From a virus (taxonomy: Duplodnaviria > Caudoviricetes): a stretch of DNA of 54,487 nucleotides. The notes under the pieces were generated by a model. That model did not search any database. It saw only the letters and a list, made by a program, of their open reading frames with translations, and was not told the origin of the DNA. The stretch spans positions 1 to 54,487 of the IMG/VR virus record IMGVR_UViG_3300030329_003281; one strand, 5' to 3'. Positions within the stretch are counted from its first letter, which is position 1; every line of letters begins with the position of its first letter. Position numbers and translations under genes: made by a program. Below, one piece after another: positions 8,256-18,724 of this stretch.

Positions 8256-8494
8256 TTCTTCTCTACAAAAAAAGTATAGTTACGGTTGATGTATTTTACT
8301 TCTTGCCAGACTATACAAATATTTTGCAGGAGTTTATTTGGCAAACAGAAGATGTTGTTCCACAATATCCAAGAGTGCATAAATTTCTAAACTATTGGAA
8401 AGACAACATCGATGCTGTCATATCAGAGGTCATAGTTGTAAATGCGGATAATCATGAATATAGGCCAGTAAAGGCGACATATACCATTGAATGA
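8252..8494 (+). CDS. usg: Usg-like family protein
   Basis: VFYFLPDY..ILQEFIWQTEDVVPQYPRVHKFLNYW...IDAVI parallels the alphaproteobacterial Usg pattern (YxxPDxPxLLQxFxWQxxDxxPxFPxLxxFLxFW); GTGA overlap with gp5C. Confidence 0.7.
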   Translation: MILLYKKSIVTVDVFYFLPDYTNILQEFIWQTEDVVPQYPRVHKFLNYWKDNIDAVISEVIVVNADNHEYRPVKATYTIE

Positions 8495-8499
8495 TTCTT

Positions 8500-8507
8500 T
8501 ATAAATA
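8500..8507 (+). promoter_or_regulatory. T4-type late promoter TATAAATA
   Basis: Exact consensus, intergenic, upstream of gp25. Confidence 0.8.
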
Positions 8508-8529
8508 ATAAAAAATAACGGAGTGTTCA

Positions 8530-8997
8530 GTGGCCACAGTAGAAAGAACAGGTTCATTTAAAGAACTCACAGCACTTAGAGATGCAGAGAGACAAAGTAA
8601 CTCAACTCTAAATGTTAAGACATATAGAGACTTAGATCTGTTCTTTACACGCCGGTCAAGAGATAGCGATGTTAATGTTCTTACAAACATCACAGCAGTC
8701 AAGAGGTCAGTTCGAAATTTAGTTTTAACAAATTTCTATGAGAAGCCTTTTCATCCTGAGATTGGTTCTGGTGTCAGAGACTTGTTGTTTGAGATTGTCA
8801 GTCCATTGACTGCAATTGCGTTGGCACAATCTGTGGAAGATGTCATCAACAACTATGAGCCTAGAGCATTGTTGTTGGGTGTTGACGTTATCGATAACAT
8901 AGATGCCAATGCATATGATATAACAATAACCTTTGAAGTGATAAACATTCCAGGCGAAATAGTTCAATTAGATGTGCTATTGGAGGCATTGCGATAA
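8530..8997 (+). CDS. gp25: baseplate wedge subunit gp25
   Basis: YRDLDLFF...AVKRSVRNLVLTNFYEKPFHPEIGS...LLFE...INNYEPR. Confidence 0.92.
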   Translation: MATVERTGSFKELTALRDAERQSNSTLNVKTYRDLDLFFTRRSRDSDVNVLTNITAVKRSVRNLVLTNFYEKPFHPEIGSGVRDLLFEIVSPLTAIALAQSVEDVINNYEPRALLLGVDVIDNIDANAYDITITFEVINIPGEIVQLDVLLEALR

Positions 8998-10907
8998 TGG
9001 CAAACAATCAAAAACTAGACATTTCTAAACTTGATTTTGATTCAATCAAGGATAATCTTAAAACCTTTTTAAAGAATCAGGATCAGTTTCTTGATTATGA
9101 TTTTGAAGGTTCCGGTATGAGTGCATTGTTAGATGTGCTCGCATATAATACTCATTATCTTAGTTTTCATGCCAATATGGTTGCTAACGAAATGTTTATC
9201 GATAGTGCAGCTCTACGTTCAAGCGTGGTGTCTCATGCCAAGACTTTAGGATATGAAGTCAGATCAGTTCGTTCTCCAAAGGCTAGAGTGAATGTATTTT
9301 TGAATGATCGTGCATTGTCTACTGCAACTATGAATGCTGGCCAGGTATTTACTACTAAGATTGATAATGTTAACTATCAATTTGTAACTGTATCTGATTT
9401 TACTGCTTCTCAATCTGGTGATGGTCTTTTGTTTGCAGATGTACCGATTTATGAGGGTACATATATCACAACTAGATATACTGTTGACAGCACTGACGTT
9501 AATCAAAAATTCTTTCTAACAAGTAATGTAGCAGACACTTCTACACTTACCGTTAAAGTACAAAATTCTTCAACCGATAGCACTACCGAAACATATACAA
9601 AAGCAACAGACATTACACAGTTGACAGGAACGAGTGCTGTTTATTATTGTCAAGAAACGGACGATGGTAGGTTTGAAGTGTACTTTGGTGATGGTGTTGT
9701 AAGTAAGGCTCTATCCGATGGCAACATAGTTATTCTTCAATACGTTGTTACTAACATTGGTGAAGCAAACGGTGCTTTTTCTTTTACTGCCTCTGGTGCA
9801 ATCAATACGGTTACTAATATTGATACGATCACTATTGAGGCTGCAAATGGTGGTGCATCAGCAGAGAGCATTCAATCCATAAAATTATCTGCTCCAATGG
9901 ACTATGCTACGCAGGGACGTTGTGTTACTGCAAATGATTATAAAGTTTATGTGAAAAAACTTTATGCTGGTGCTGAAAATGTTCAGGTGTTTGGTGGAGA
10001 AAATGGTTCTTTTGATCCTAGTCTTGGTGTTATAAGCACACCAGATTATGGTAAAGTGTTTATTTCCGTAAGTAATACTCAAGGAACAAATCTTAGTTTG
10101 CAAGAAAAGAATTCCTTGTTAAGTGCTTTGGAACCGTTTAAGGTTGCGTCGATTACACCTGTCATTGTGGATCCAGATTTTACATATGTTTTTCTTACAG
10201 TGAACTTTAAGTTTGATTCCAATCTGACAACTAAGACAAAAGATACTTTAGAGACTGAGGTTACATCTACGATTACATCATACAACACAACGGAGCTTTC
10301 AAAGTTTGATGCAGTGATAAGAAATTCTTTCCTATTAAGAACAATTGATAATACAGACAAATCTATAACAAGTAGTTCTGCTGTTCCAAGATTAGCAAAA
10401 TATTTTTCACCTACTCTGGATGTTGCTTCAGATTATAATTTATATTTTAATAATGCATTGTTTAATCCTCATAGTGGTCATAACGAAGCACTTGGTGGTA
10501 TTCTTGCCTCTTCAGGGTTTACTATCTTTGGTAGAAATGAAGAACACTTTTTCGATGATGATGGTAATGGTAATGTGAGAGCTTATTATATTGCTATAAA
10601 TGGGGATAGAGTTTATACAAATCCAAATATTGGTACAGTAAATTATACTACTGGATATATTAAAATTGATCAAATCAATATAACATCTATTTCTGATGTT
10701 GATGGCGATACTTCTACTCTTATCCGAATTGTTGTTGTGCCTAATTCACGAGATATTGTTGCACTTAGAAATCAAATTCTTGAACTTGATATGATTAATA
10801 CTACTGTAACTGGTGAGATTGATAGTATTGCTGTGGGTGATGATAGCGGCGGAGCATCTTATGTTGCTCCTTCTGCATCTGTAAGTCCAACAGGATCAGG
10901 TTATTAA
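8997..10907 (+). CDS. gp6: baseplate wedge subunit gp6
   Basis: LDFDSIKDNLK...DYDFEGSGMSALLDVLAYNTHY...EMFIDSA.LRSSVVSHAK.LGY; YFGDG; QGRCVTANDY. Confidence 0.95.
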   Translation: MANNQKLDISKLDFDSIKDNLKTFLKNQDQFLDYDFEGSGMSALLDVLAYNTHYLSFHANMVANEMFIDSAALRSSVVSHAKTLGYEVRSVRSPKARVNVFLNDRALSTATMNAGQVFTTKIDNVNYQFVTVSDFTASQSGDGLLFADVPIYEGTYITTRYTVDSTDVNQKFFLTSNVADTSTLTVKVQNSSTDSTTETYTKATDITQLTGTSAVYYCQETDDGRFEVYFGDGVVSKALSDGNIVILQYVVTNIGEANGAFSFTASGAINTVTNIDTITIEAANGGASAESIQSIKLSAPMDYATQGRCVTANDYKVYVKKLYAGAENVQVFGGENGSFDPSLGVISTPDYGKVFISVSNTQGTNLSLQEKNSLLSALEPFKVASITPVIVDPDFTYVFLTVNFKFDSNLTTKTKDTLETEVTSTITSYNTTELSKFDAVIRNSFLLRTIDNTDKSITSSSAVPRLAKYFSPTLDVASDYNLYFNNALFNPHSGHNEALGGILASSGFTIFGRNEEHFFDDDGNGNVRAYYIAINGDRVYTNPNIGTVNYTTGYIKIDQINITSISDVDGDTSTLIRIVVVPNSRDIVALRNQILELDMINTTVTGEIDSIAVGDDSGGASYVAPSASVSPTGSGY

Positions 10908-10909
10908 AA

Positions 10910-13900
10910 ATGGGTGATTCAGAACTAACAACTAAGGTATCAAATCTTATTGATGGTCAGGTTCCTGATTACATTCAGGCTGACCATCCTATATTTGTTG
11001 ATTTTCTAAGACAGTATTATAAGTTTCTAGAATCTGCACAGATAACCATAACAGGAACAGTAGATCAGGTTCTGCTTGAAACCGCATCAACTAGTTTTCT
11101 TACATTAGATGGCACCGATAGATTTAGTTCAAATGATTCAAGTAAAATTGTTTTTGAGGACAGCACAGGTAAGTTTGAGGTTGGCGAAACAATCACTGGT
11201 GGGACAAGTAAAGCAACAGCTAAAATACTAGTAGACGATAACGAAACTCTTTACATTTCTGCTAATCAAAGATTTAAAGAAGGTGAAACAATCACAGGCG
11301 GCACTAGTGGTGCGACAAGCACTCTGGTTAAGTATCGTGCTAATCCTGTTCAGAACATTCAGCAACTTTTTGAGTATGCAGATCCAGACAACACAGTAGA
11401 TCATTTTCTTAATGCGTTCAAAGATTCCTTTATGGAATCCATACCAACATCTCTTGCAAGTGGTGTATCCAAACGAAACCTGATTAAACAGATTAGAGAT
11501 CTGTATGCAGCAAAGGGTACGTCAGAAGGTCATAAACTTTTCTTTAGAATTTTGTTAGGCCAAGAGGCTGAAATATATTACCCTGAAAAGGATATGGCAA
11601 GAGTGAGTGATGGTAATTGGGCAAAACCAATTATTATTCGTTGTACTTCTGATTCACCAAGCGCTGTTCCTGCTGATATGGTTGGTAAGAATATTACTGG
11701 TGCGTCTTCTGGAACAACGGCTCAGATTATTGACGAATATACTTTTCAACAAGGTTCTGATACTGTAGTTGAATTTACGCTTCGAGAAGATACTATCGAG
11801 GGCACTGGATTTACTGTATCAGAAACATTTACAGGTATATCTGAAACAGCAGATATAACAATGCAATTTACTGTGCAATCAATTGTTACTAGTATTGCGT
11901 TAACTGATGGTGGATTACTTTATGAAAAAGGTGATACATTTATATTAGATACGTCAGTTGGCAATGGCCAAGCAACTGCTCAAGTAAGTGAAATAAGTTC
12001 TGGTAATATTAGTGATGTTATTATTGATGACGCCGGCACTGGTTATAAAGTTGGTGATGCTGTTAAGTTTACAGATACAAGTGCTGATGTTGATTCTGTT
12101 TCTGCTCGTGCGTTTGTATCTGTTGTTGGTGGTAGGTTGGCCACTGAAGATAGTACAGATAGTACGGCAGAAAATATTCTTTTAGAAGATAGTACAAAAC
12201 AACAACTTGTTCATCCTAATATTTTATTGAATGGTACTGAACTAGCAACTGCTGCATCAGAACCATATGCTGTATTTGGTACTGATAAGAGGTTTAGTGA
12301 TACTAAATCATATTACTATCCTTTATATGCCGATAAAAGAAAGGCACAAGTAAGTGCAACTACAACAGGCGGAGCTATTGGTAATGTTCTTGTCGCTAAT
12401 GCTGGCTCTGGTTATTCTAATGGAACCTATTATGCAGCGGTGTCTGGTGATGGTGACAATCAAGGAACAGCCACTGGTGCAGTTTTAAGAATTGTTGTTA
12501 GAGAAAACAAAATTGCGGCCTTTGGCACTACACTCGCAACGGAAACTACGATTCATAGGTCAGGTAGTGGTTACACTTTTGGTAATGTAAGACTTACAAG
12601 TGGATTTACTTTTTCTGATCCAGAGTTAACCACTACTTCTGATATGGGTGGAAGTGATGGTTTGATATTGGTAATACCAAATGTAGCAGATGTAAAAGCT
12701 AATGCTTATGTTTTTGATGAATTTCCTAACGTAATTTTTTGGATGCCAAATGACAATCAGAATAATGCCAAGTCAACCTTTGATAGTGATATTTACGATT
12801 TGTTTGAGGCTCGTGGTTCAGTTCTTAATGAAGGGTTTCAATTACGACAAGAAGATGGAACAACTGGCACGGGATTAGGCGATAAATTATTATCTGAATC
12901 TTTAGATTTGATAACAGATACCTATGGCGATTCATCTGATTCAATTGTTTTAGAAACTGAAACCCTAAGTTCTTCTGATCAAGGCAAAATTATTAAAATT
13001 CATTTGGCCAATTCTGGTGGTGGATATACTTCACTTCCTACATTAAGTATTATTTCAGAAAATGGTGCAAATGCAAATCTTATTGCAAACACAAATACTA
13101 TTGGTAAAGTTACTGAAATTAAAATTACTGATAATGGATTTAAGTATTCAACTGCTCCAGATGTAGTAGCAAATACAAACTTTATTGTTAAAGATGTCAC
13201 TGGTACATTTGGAATAGGAAATACATTTACAACTCACAGTGGTGCGGTAGTTGCATATGATGCAGATACACAAAAACTTGAAATAGGCACTGCAACAGGT
13301 TTGGGTAATAAACCTGTTGCAACAGAAACAATTTCATTAGAACAATCTGGAACATACAATGATGGTATTCAATTAGAAGATTTTGATATTGTTGAACCAG
13401 GCAGGCCAGATCATGGTCCTGTTGCTACAATTTATAAAGTTGTTGATGAAGTCGGTTCTGGTTTCAATCTTAATAACTCTGCTGCATTAGGGACAAATAT
13501 TCTTTTAGAAAATGAAATAGGAAAAATTTTAACAGATGCTCATGATGCCGATATTTTCCAAATCAGTTTAGAAAATGATGGTGATAGACTTGAATTTAAT
13601 ATTAGATTAGAGGACAATGTTGCTGACCTTGGTGATGAGGGCCGTGGTCGTGAGAATATTTTATTAGAGTCTGGTGAAAGAGATAGAATTATTCTAGATG
13701 GTTTTAATGTCGGCGGAGACGGTTATAGCATTTCTGATGCAGAAGTTTATCTGGTCACCGAGCACATCAGTAACAATCTAATTTTTGATGGAACAGATTC
13801 CAGTGGTTCAGATGCTGGAGATAATTTCATAATTCGTGATTTTGAATTAGTTCGTGAAACTGATAATATTCTTTTAGATGGTACAGATGGTGCTCAGGCT

Positions 13901-16471
13901 GATCAAAATTCTGCTGTTCTTTTGGATGGTACAGATAGTCTTTCGGCCGATGCTGGAGATCAGTTGTTATTGCAGACTGATTCAAATGATCTTATATTCA
14001 TAAATCATGGACGGTCCATAAGACACGTCAATACTCCAAGCAGCAGACTACTTGGAGAAAATTTAGATACGTTTGTTACAGAAAAAACACCAGAGAAAAC
14101 TAATGTAACGTCTGGTGATGTTTTATATAATCAAATTATTTTTGATGGTGATCAATCTGATGGTATGGGTGATCTTCTTCTAGAAGATGGTAATAGATTA
14201 CTAAACGAAAATTCTGGTAATAATCTTCTCTTAGATGGCACAGATGATTCTTCTAGTGATGCTGGTTCCGAGTTATTGATGGAGGATGAAACTCTAGGTG
14301 ATAAACTTGTTTTAGATGGAACAAATACTTCCTCTCTCAATGCCGGCGGTGAAATTCTTACGGAGACTGATCCAAATTTTGTTAACACTGTTATAACAGA
14401 TTCCGGTGGTGCAACAGCAACAATTATTGCACAAGGCACACTAGATGCTGATACATCTATTGGAACTACTGTAACTAGAATTGGTTCATATCTTGATGAT
14501 GATAGTCATCTTAGTGAAGAAGTTATTCGTATTCAAGACTCGCATTATTATCAACAGTTTTCTTATGAGGTAAGGGTTAACGCAGCCGTATCTGAATATA
14601 TGAATGAATTGAAGGCTTCAGTTCATCCTGCTGGGTTTGCTCCATTTGGTAAGATTGCAATTGCAACAGAAATTTCAGCAGGCATTGATGTCACTGCATC
14701 TGGTGTTGTTGATGCTACAGTTGATGACACATTTACACCAGAGCTTGCCTCACTGTTCAGGTTGATATTTGGTCCAACCATAAAAGTTAATCACGGCATT
14801 CGTGAGAATGTTCTTTCAACAGACGGTGAGAGCAGTTTGTTTGATTCTCTTTTGACAGAGAATGGTGTCGCTATTGGCGATAAACTTTTAGAAGAAACAG
14901 ATGGCGATAATCTACAGTTTGAAAGTGGACTTGATATTGCGATAGAAAACTCTCCCAAATCTGGTGACGGTAGTGTTCTTTTGGAAACAGGCACTGGTGG
15001 TGGTTTGTTACTTATGGAAACAGCACTTGGTGAGAATGGCATTCTTGATAAGTCAGTTTCAAAGGTAACAAAACTTAGTGTTACGCCGCAACTTGTTAAA
15101 ACAAAAAGGTCTTATGGTGCGCCTTTATTTGCTAACACTCTGCCTGGGTCACTTTTCTTTGATAGACCTGGCGTTCAATTAGAAGCTGGTAATAGAGATA
15201 AAGCTCCTATTATTATGCAAGATAATTTGGTGTTGGATGGTTTTGATGAATACGGAACTGGTGTCGGAGATAGAATAGTCTACGAGGACTCTTTAGATAA
15301 CTCAACTTCCTCTGCTGTCAAAATTGATGAAACAGGTTCATTATCAATATCAGATATTGTTAGTCTTAACACTGTGGGTTATATTGAATCTGCTGGTGGA
15401 GATAGAAACTTTACTGAGGAGCCTGAGGGTAGTATTGTATTTGAACAAAGTGCAGCATCTGATGAATTAGTTCTAGAAGATTTCATCGTGTTTGAGTTGA
15501 ATGCAGATGAAGTAAGAAACGAGGTAATAATATCAGAGAACGGTCAAAACATATTACTAGAAACCACTGGTAGGTTTAGAGATACTGAAGTTGGCCGCAT
15601 AGCAGTTGAGTCTGGTTCTGAGGATAATGCTTTCCTTAAAAACGGTTCTGATGTCAACATTCTTAAACTGGAAACAGAGACAGATGCAAATGGTTATCTG
15701 ATAGGTGAGGATGATACCATCAGTGCTGTAGATCGTAGTATCAATGTTGTTATAGAAAGTGGTCTTCTTGAAAATGAAAAGATAATGACTGAGGGTAGTC
15801 TGATTGAATTTGAAGGTGACACTAATGTTGGAACCATTCCAGAAAGGAATTTTGGTAACAGAAACGTTGTGCCGTTCACAAGAGAAGCCAGAGTTCATAT
15901 AGAGTTAGCTGCGTCCAGATTAGCATTACAGGATGAACGTAATACTGAAGTTTTCATAGCGTTGGATGGTACAGATAGTTCATCAACAGATGCTGGTGAT
16001 AATATTATACTTAACGGTACATCTGCCGTTCTGGATATCGAGGAAAATATTCTTCTGGACGGCACTGACGCAGCACAAAGTGATGCAGGTTCAGCAGTAA
16101 TTTTGGACGCAAGTGCTTCTGGCACTGATGTTGGAGAAAATCTGTTATTGGATAGCACTGGTGGCCGGGATGCTGGTGATCGTATTCAACTTATGAGCAC
16201 AAATTATGTCTTGGTGCCAGGCAATGAAGGTGGGTTTGTTTTATTGAATGGCACAGATGGTTCATCAACAAATGCTGGTGATGAATTGTTGTTAGAATCT
16301 GGAACGCTTGAATTCTTAGAACAAAACAGTATAAATGTGTCAGTTGGTGCCACAGCAGAAGATGGCGGTCTTGCTTTACCAGAAAGTGAAATTTCAAAAG
16401 ATTTATTGGCGAATTTTGATTCTACTCTTGGAACATTTGATTCAACGACTATAACTTTTGATGCTGCATAA
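10910..16471 (+). CDS. gp7: baseplate wedge initiator gp7-like protein, greatly expanded (1853 aa) with acidic repeats
   Basis: Follows gp6; FLRQYYKFLE, LIKQIRDLYAAKGT...LFFRIL and IQDSHYYQQFSYEV...VHPAGF motifs; C-terminal FDSTTITFD. Confidence 0.8.
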   Translation: MGDSELTTKVSNLIDGQVPDYIQADHPIFVDFLRQYYKFLESAQITITGTVDQVLLETASTSFLTLDGTDRFSSNDSSKIVFEDSTGKFEVGETITGGTSKATAKILVDDNETLYISANQRFKEGETITGGTSGATSTLVKYRANPVQNIQQLFEYADPDNTVDHFLNAFKDSFMESIPTSLASGVSKRNLIKQIRDLYAAKGTSEGHKLFFRILLGQEAEIYYPEKDMARVSDGNWAKPIIIRCTSDSPSAVPADMVGKNITGASSGTTAQIIDEYTFQQGSDTVVEFTLREDTIEGTGFTVSETFTGISETADITMQFTVQSIVTSIALTDGGLLYEKGDTFILDTSVGNGQATAQVSEISSGNISDVIIDDAGTGYKVGDAVKFTDTSADVDSVSARAFVSVVGGRLATEDSTDSTAENILLEDSTKQQLVHPNILLNGTELATAASEPYAVFGTDKRFSDTKSYYYPLYADKRKAQVSATTTGGAIGNVLVANAGSGYSNGTYYAAVSGDGDNQGTATGAVLRIVVRENKIAAFGTTLATETTIHRSGSGYTFGNVRLTSGFTFSDPELTTTSDMGGSDGLILVIPNVADVKANAYVFDEFPNVIFWMPNDNQNNAKSTFDSDIYDLFEARGSVLNEGFQLRQEDGTTGTGLGDKLLSESLDLITDTYGDSSDSIVLETETLSSSDQGKIIKIHLANSGGGYTSLPTLSIISENGANANLIANTNTIGKVTEIKITDNGFKYSTAPDVVANTNFIVKDVTGTFGIGNTFTTHSGAVVAYDADTQKLEIGTATGLGNKPVATETISLEQSGTYNDGIQLEDFDIVEPGRPDHGPVATIYKVVDEVGSGFNLNNSAALGTNILLENEIGKILTDAHDADIFQISLENDGDRLEFNIRLEDNVADLGDEGRGRENILLESGERDRIILDGFNVGGDGYSISDAEVYLVTEHISNNLIFDGTDSSGSDAGDNFIIRDFELVRETDNILLDGTDGAQADQNSAVLLDGTDSLSADAGDQLLLQTDSNDLIFINHGRSIRHVNTPSSRLLGENLDTFVTEKTPEKTNVTSGDVLYNQIIFDGDQSDGMGDLLLEDGNRLLNENSGNNLLLDGTDDSSSDAGSELLMEDETLGDKLVLDGTNTSSLNAGGEILTETDPNFVNTVITDSGGATATIIAQGTLDADTSIGTTVTRIGSYLDDDSHLSEEVIRIQDSHYYQQFSYEVRVNAAVSEYMNELKASVHPAGFAPFGKIAIATEISAGIDVTASGVVDATVDDTFTPELASLFRLIFGPTIKVNHGIRENVLSTDGESSLFDSLLTENGVAIGDKLLEETDGDNLQFESGLDIAIENSPKSGDGSVLLETGTGGGLLLMETALGENGILDKSVSKVTKLSVTPQLVKTKRSYGAPLFANTLPGSLFFDRPGVQLEAGNRDKAPIIMQDNLVLDGFDEYGTGVGDRIVYEDSLDNSTSSAVKIDETGSLSISDIVSLNTVGYIESAGGDRNFTEEPEGSIVFEQSAASDELVLEDFIVFELNADEVRNEVIISENGQNILLETTGRFRDTEVGRIAVESGSEDNAFLKNGSDVNILKLETETDANGYLIGEDDTISAVDRSINVVIESGLLENEKIMTEGSLIEFEGDTNVGTIPERNFGNRNVVPFTREARVHIELAASRLALQDERNTEVFIALDGTDSSSTDAGDNIILNGTSAVLDIEENILLDGTDAAQSDAGSAVILDASASGTDVGENLLLDSTGGRDAGDRIQLMSTNYVLVPGNEGGFVLLNGTDGSSTNAGDELLLESGTLEFLEQNSINVSVGATAEDGGLALPESEISKDLLANFDSTLGTFDSTTITFDAA
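13780..14360 (+). repeat. cluster of (I/L)LDGTDxxxxDAG(D/E) protein repeats in gp7
   Basis: FDGTDSSGSDAGD, LDGTDGAQADQNS, LDGTDSLSADAGD, LDGTDDSSSDAGS, LDGTNTSSLNAGG. Confidence 0.85.
15950..16310 (+). repeat. second cluster of LDGTDxxxxDAGD repeats in gp7
   Basis: LDGTDSSSTDAGD, LDGTDAAQSDAGS, LDASASGTDVGE, LDSTGGRDAGD, LNGTDGSSTNAGD. Confidence 0.85.
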
Positions 16472-16478
16472 TAATCAT

Positions 16479-16486
16479 TATAAATA
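16479..16486 (+). promoter_or_regulatory. T4-type late promoter TATAAATA
   Basis: Exact consensus in the gap between gp7 and the gp9/10-like gene. Confidence 0.8.
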
Positions 16487-16507
16487 ATAAAAGATGAGGG
16501 GCAATAA

Positions 16508-17206
16508 ATGGCATATCAATCAATAGGATTAGGTGCAACTGCTAATGATGGTAGTGGTGATACGCTGAGAGATGGCGCAACTAAAGTTAATGCTAACTTT
16601 GTAGAGTTGTATACTGCTCTTGGTGATGGTAGTTCTATAAGTAGTGGTATCAGTGCATCAGATACTGTTATATCACTGTCTGCTCCTAATATTAGTGGTG
16701 TTGTTGCGGGAACACAAACCTCTGCCACAATTACTACACTTACATCCACGACTGTAAACGCAGGAACATTATCACTTGCGGCTGGTTCTATAACAGATAG
16801 TTCTGGTTCTATTAGTTTTGGTAACGAAAATATTTCTACTACAGGCACGGCAACTCTTGCCACTGTAGATATTAATGCGGGTGCTATTGACGGAACAACC
16901 ATTGGTGCTAACTCAGCGGCAGCAGGTACTTTTGCTGCAATCACAGGTTCGTCTTTGGCCATTACTGAGGATGGAACGATTGTTTTTGAGGGTGCCACTG
17001 ATGATGGTAACGAAACCACATTAACAGTCACAGACCCAACAGCAGATAGAACAATTACACTTCCCAATGAAACAGGAACTGTCATAACCACAGGTTCTTC
17101 TGATGCAGTAACAGGAAATATGTTGAAGAGTTCTTCCACATTGCTCATAGTAAATTCATCTGGTACAACGTTAAAAACAGTTATTGGTGCTGGTAGTGCA
17201 TCATAA
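16508..17206 (+). CDS. gp9/gp10-like baseplate fibre connector (trimeric)
   Basis: N-terminal QSIGLG..ANDGSGDTLRDGATKVNANFVELY is the gp9/gp10 N-terminal motif; fibre-like DPTADRTITLP. Confidence 0.75.
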   Translation: MAYQSIGLGATANDGSGDTLRDGATKVNANFVELYTALGDGSSISSGISASDTVISLSAPNISGVVAGTQTSATITTLTSTTVNAGTLSLAAGSITDSSGSISFGNENISTTGTATLATVDINAGAIDGTTIGANSAAAGTFAAITGSSLAITEDGTIVFEGATDDGNETTLTVTDPTADRTITLPNETGTVITTGSSDAVTGNMLKSSSTLLIVNSSGTTLKTVIGAGSAS

Positions 17207-17227
17207 ATATAAACTAGGAAAATAGAA

Positions 17228-18724
17228 ATGGCAGCTATTATCACAGAAAAATTTAGACTTCATAATGCCGACCAGTTTGAGGAATCATTTACTGAGTCAG
17301 CTAATAACACTTATTATCTTTTTATAGGTAAGAGTACACCATATACTTCGGGAACAAGCGGTGGTTCTGATTCATCGCCGCCGACTCCTGTTGATGGTCC
17401 TTCTGATGAGTTCTTTTCGTGGGATGACATGCTTGCTGCCAAAAAAATAACTTCTTCAGAAGTTCAACGTGTCATTCCACGTAGAAACTGGGCAAACAGT
17501 ACCAAGTTTGATATGTACCGGCCGGACTATAGTGCTTCTGTGACAGCAACGTCTGGTGCTACTAACTTATACGATTCCACTTTTTATTTTATGACTTCTG
17601 ATTTCCGTGTGTATAAAGTTCTAGACAATAATGGTGGAACTGCCTACAGTGGTACTGAACCGACAAGCACTGCAAATGCTCCGTTTTCGTTAGGTGGTTA
17701 TGTGTTGCAATATATGTATTCTTTGACAAGTGCTCAGATTAACAATTTCCTTACCGCTGATTTTATACCCGTGACCACGGATTCTGCTGTTAGTTCAGCT
17801 GCAACAGATGGTGCGATTGATTCTTTGATTGTCACTGGTGGTTCTGGGTATACAAACGGAACCTATTATGCAGCAGTTTATGGTGATGGTACAAGTCAAG
17901 GCACTTCTTCGGGTGCGATTGTAAGAATCACCGTGTCGAGTGGTGTGATTCAACCCTTTGGTTTGACGGCAGGAACAGATACTACAGTTCATGCAGCGGG
18001 TAGTGGTTATACTTTTGGTACGGTAAATCTTGCAAGTGGTTACACATTTTCAGATGCAGACTTGAGCACTGCTTCTGCAATCGGTGGTTCTGGTGGTTCA
18101 ATCTCAGTGGTAATTGGTCCGAAAGGTGGTCATGGTTCTAATGCTGTGCAAGAACTTGGTGGCCATTTTGTAATGTTGGCATCAACTCTAACGGGTGCCG
18201 AAGGTGATGATATTACAACAGGAAATGATTTTAGAAAGATCGGTCTTGTGGTTGACCCTAATACATACGGAACATCTTCTGTTGCATCAGTTACTACAGC
18301 AAGAATGACATACGCACTGAAACTTACCTCACAGTCTGGTACTTTTGATGCAGACGAAAAGATTAGTCAAGCTTCAACTGGTGCTATCGGTAAAGTTGTC
18401 GAATGGGATTCTACAAACTCAATTCTGTACTATTCACAAGAAAGATTTGGTGACTACGGAACAAATGGCACTACTGGTGCATACGTTGCTTTTAGTGGTG
18501 CGAATGCTGTTACTGGAGCAACATCCAGTGCAACAGGAACGCCAGATGCCAGTGCTGATAGTGCCGTAACTCTTGCTGGTGGTAATACAATTACCTTTAC
18601 AGATGGATATGCAAATCCTGAATTAGCTGTTGATAGCGGAAATATTATTTACTTGGAAAATCGTAAGCCAATCAGTCGGTCTAGTGATCAGATTGAAGAT
18701 ATAAAAATCATAGTGGAGTTTTAA
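17228..18724 (+). CDS. gp8: baseplate wedge subunit gp8
   Basis: MAAIITEKFR..NA..F, YYLFIGK, WDDMLAAKKI, VIPRRNW, FRVYKVLDNNG, GPKGGHGSN...ELG, IIYLENRKPI.R..DQ.EDIKIIVEF. Confidence 0.9.
   Translation: MAAIITEKFRLHNADQFEESFTESANNTYYLFIGKSTPYTSGTSGGSDSSPPTPVDGPSDEFFSWDDMLAAKKITSSEVQRVIPRRNWANSTKFDMYRPDYSASVTATSGATNLYDSTFYFMTSDFRVYKVLDNNGGTAYSGTEPTSTANAPFSLGGYVLQYMYSLTSAQINNFLTADFIPVTTDSAVSSAATDGAIDSLIVTGGSGYTNGTYYAAVYGDGTSQGTSSGAIVRITVSSGVIQPFGLTAGTDTTVHAAGSGYTFGTVNLASGYTFSDADLSTASAIGGSGGSISVVIGPKGGHGSNAVQELGGHFVMLASTLTGAEGDDITTGNDFRKIGLVVDPNTYGTSSVASVTTARMTYALKLTSQSGTFDADEKISQASTGAIGKVVEWDSTNSILYYSQERFGDYGTNGTTGAYVAFSGANAVTGATSSATGTPDASADSAVTLAGGNTITFTDGYANPELAVDSGNIIYLENRKPISRSSDQIEDIKIIVEF

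Noticed and set aside
13780-16310. Repeats considered as a CRISPR array or DGR template/variable repeats
   Set aside because: They are degenerate, in-frame protein repeats varying at synonymous positions. There is no fixed repeat-spacer period, no adenine-specific variation, and no cas or reverse transcriptase gene in the window.
16516-17244. 242-aa minus-strand ORF
   Set aside because: It lies entirely antisense to the Ser/Thr/Gly-rich gp9/10-like gene, and its composition is what a shadow frame would give.
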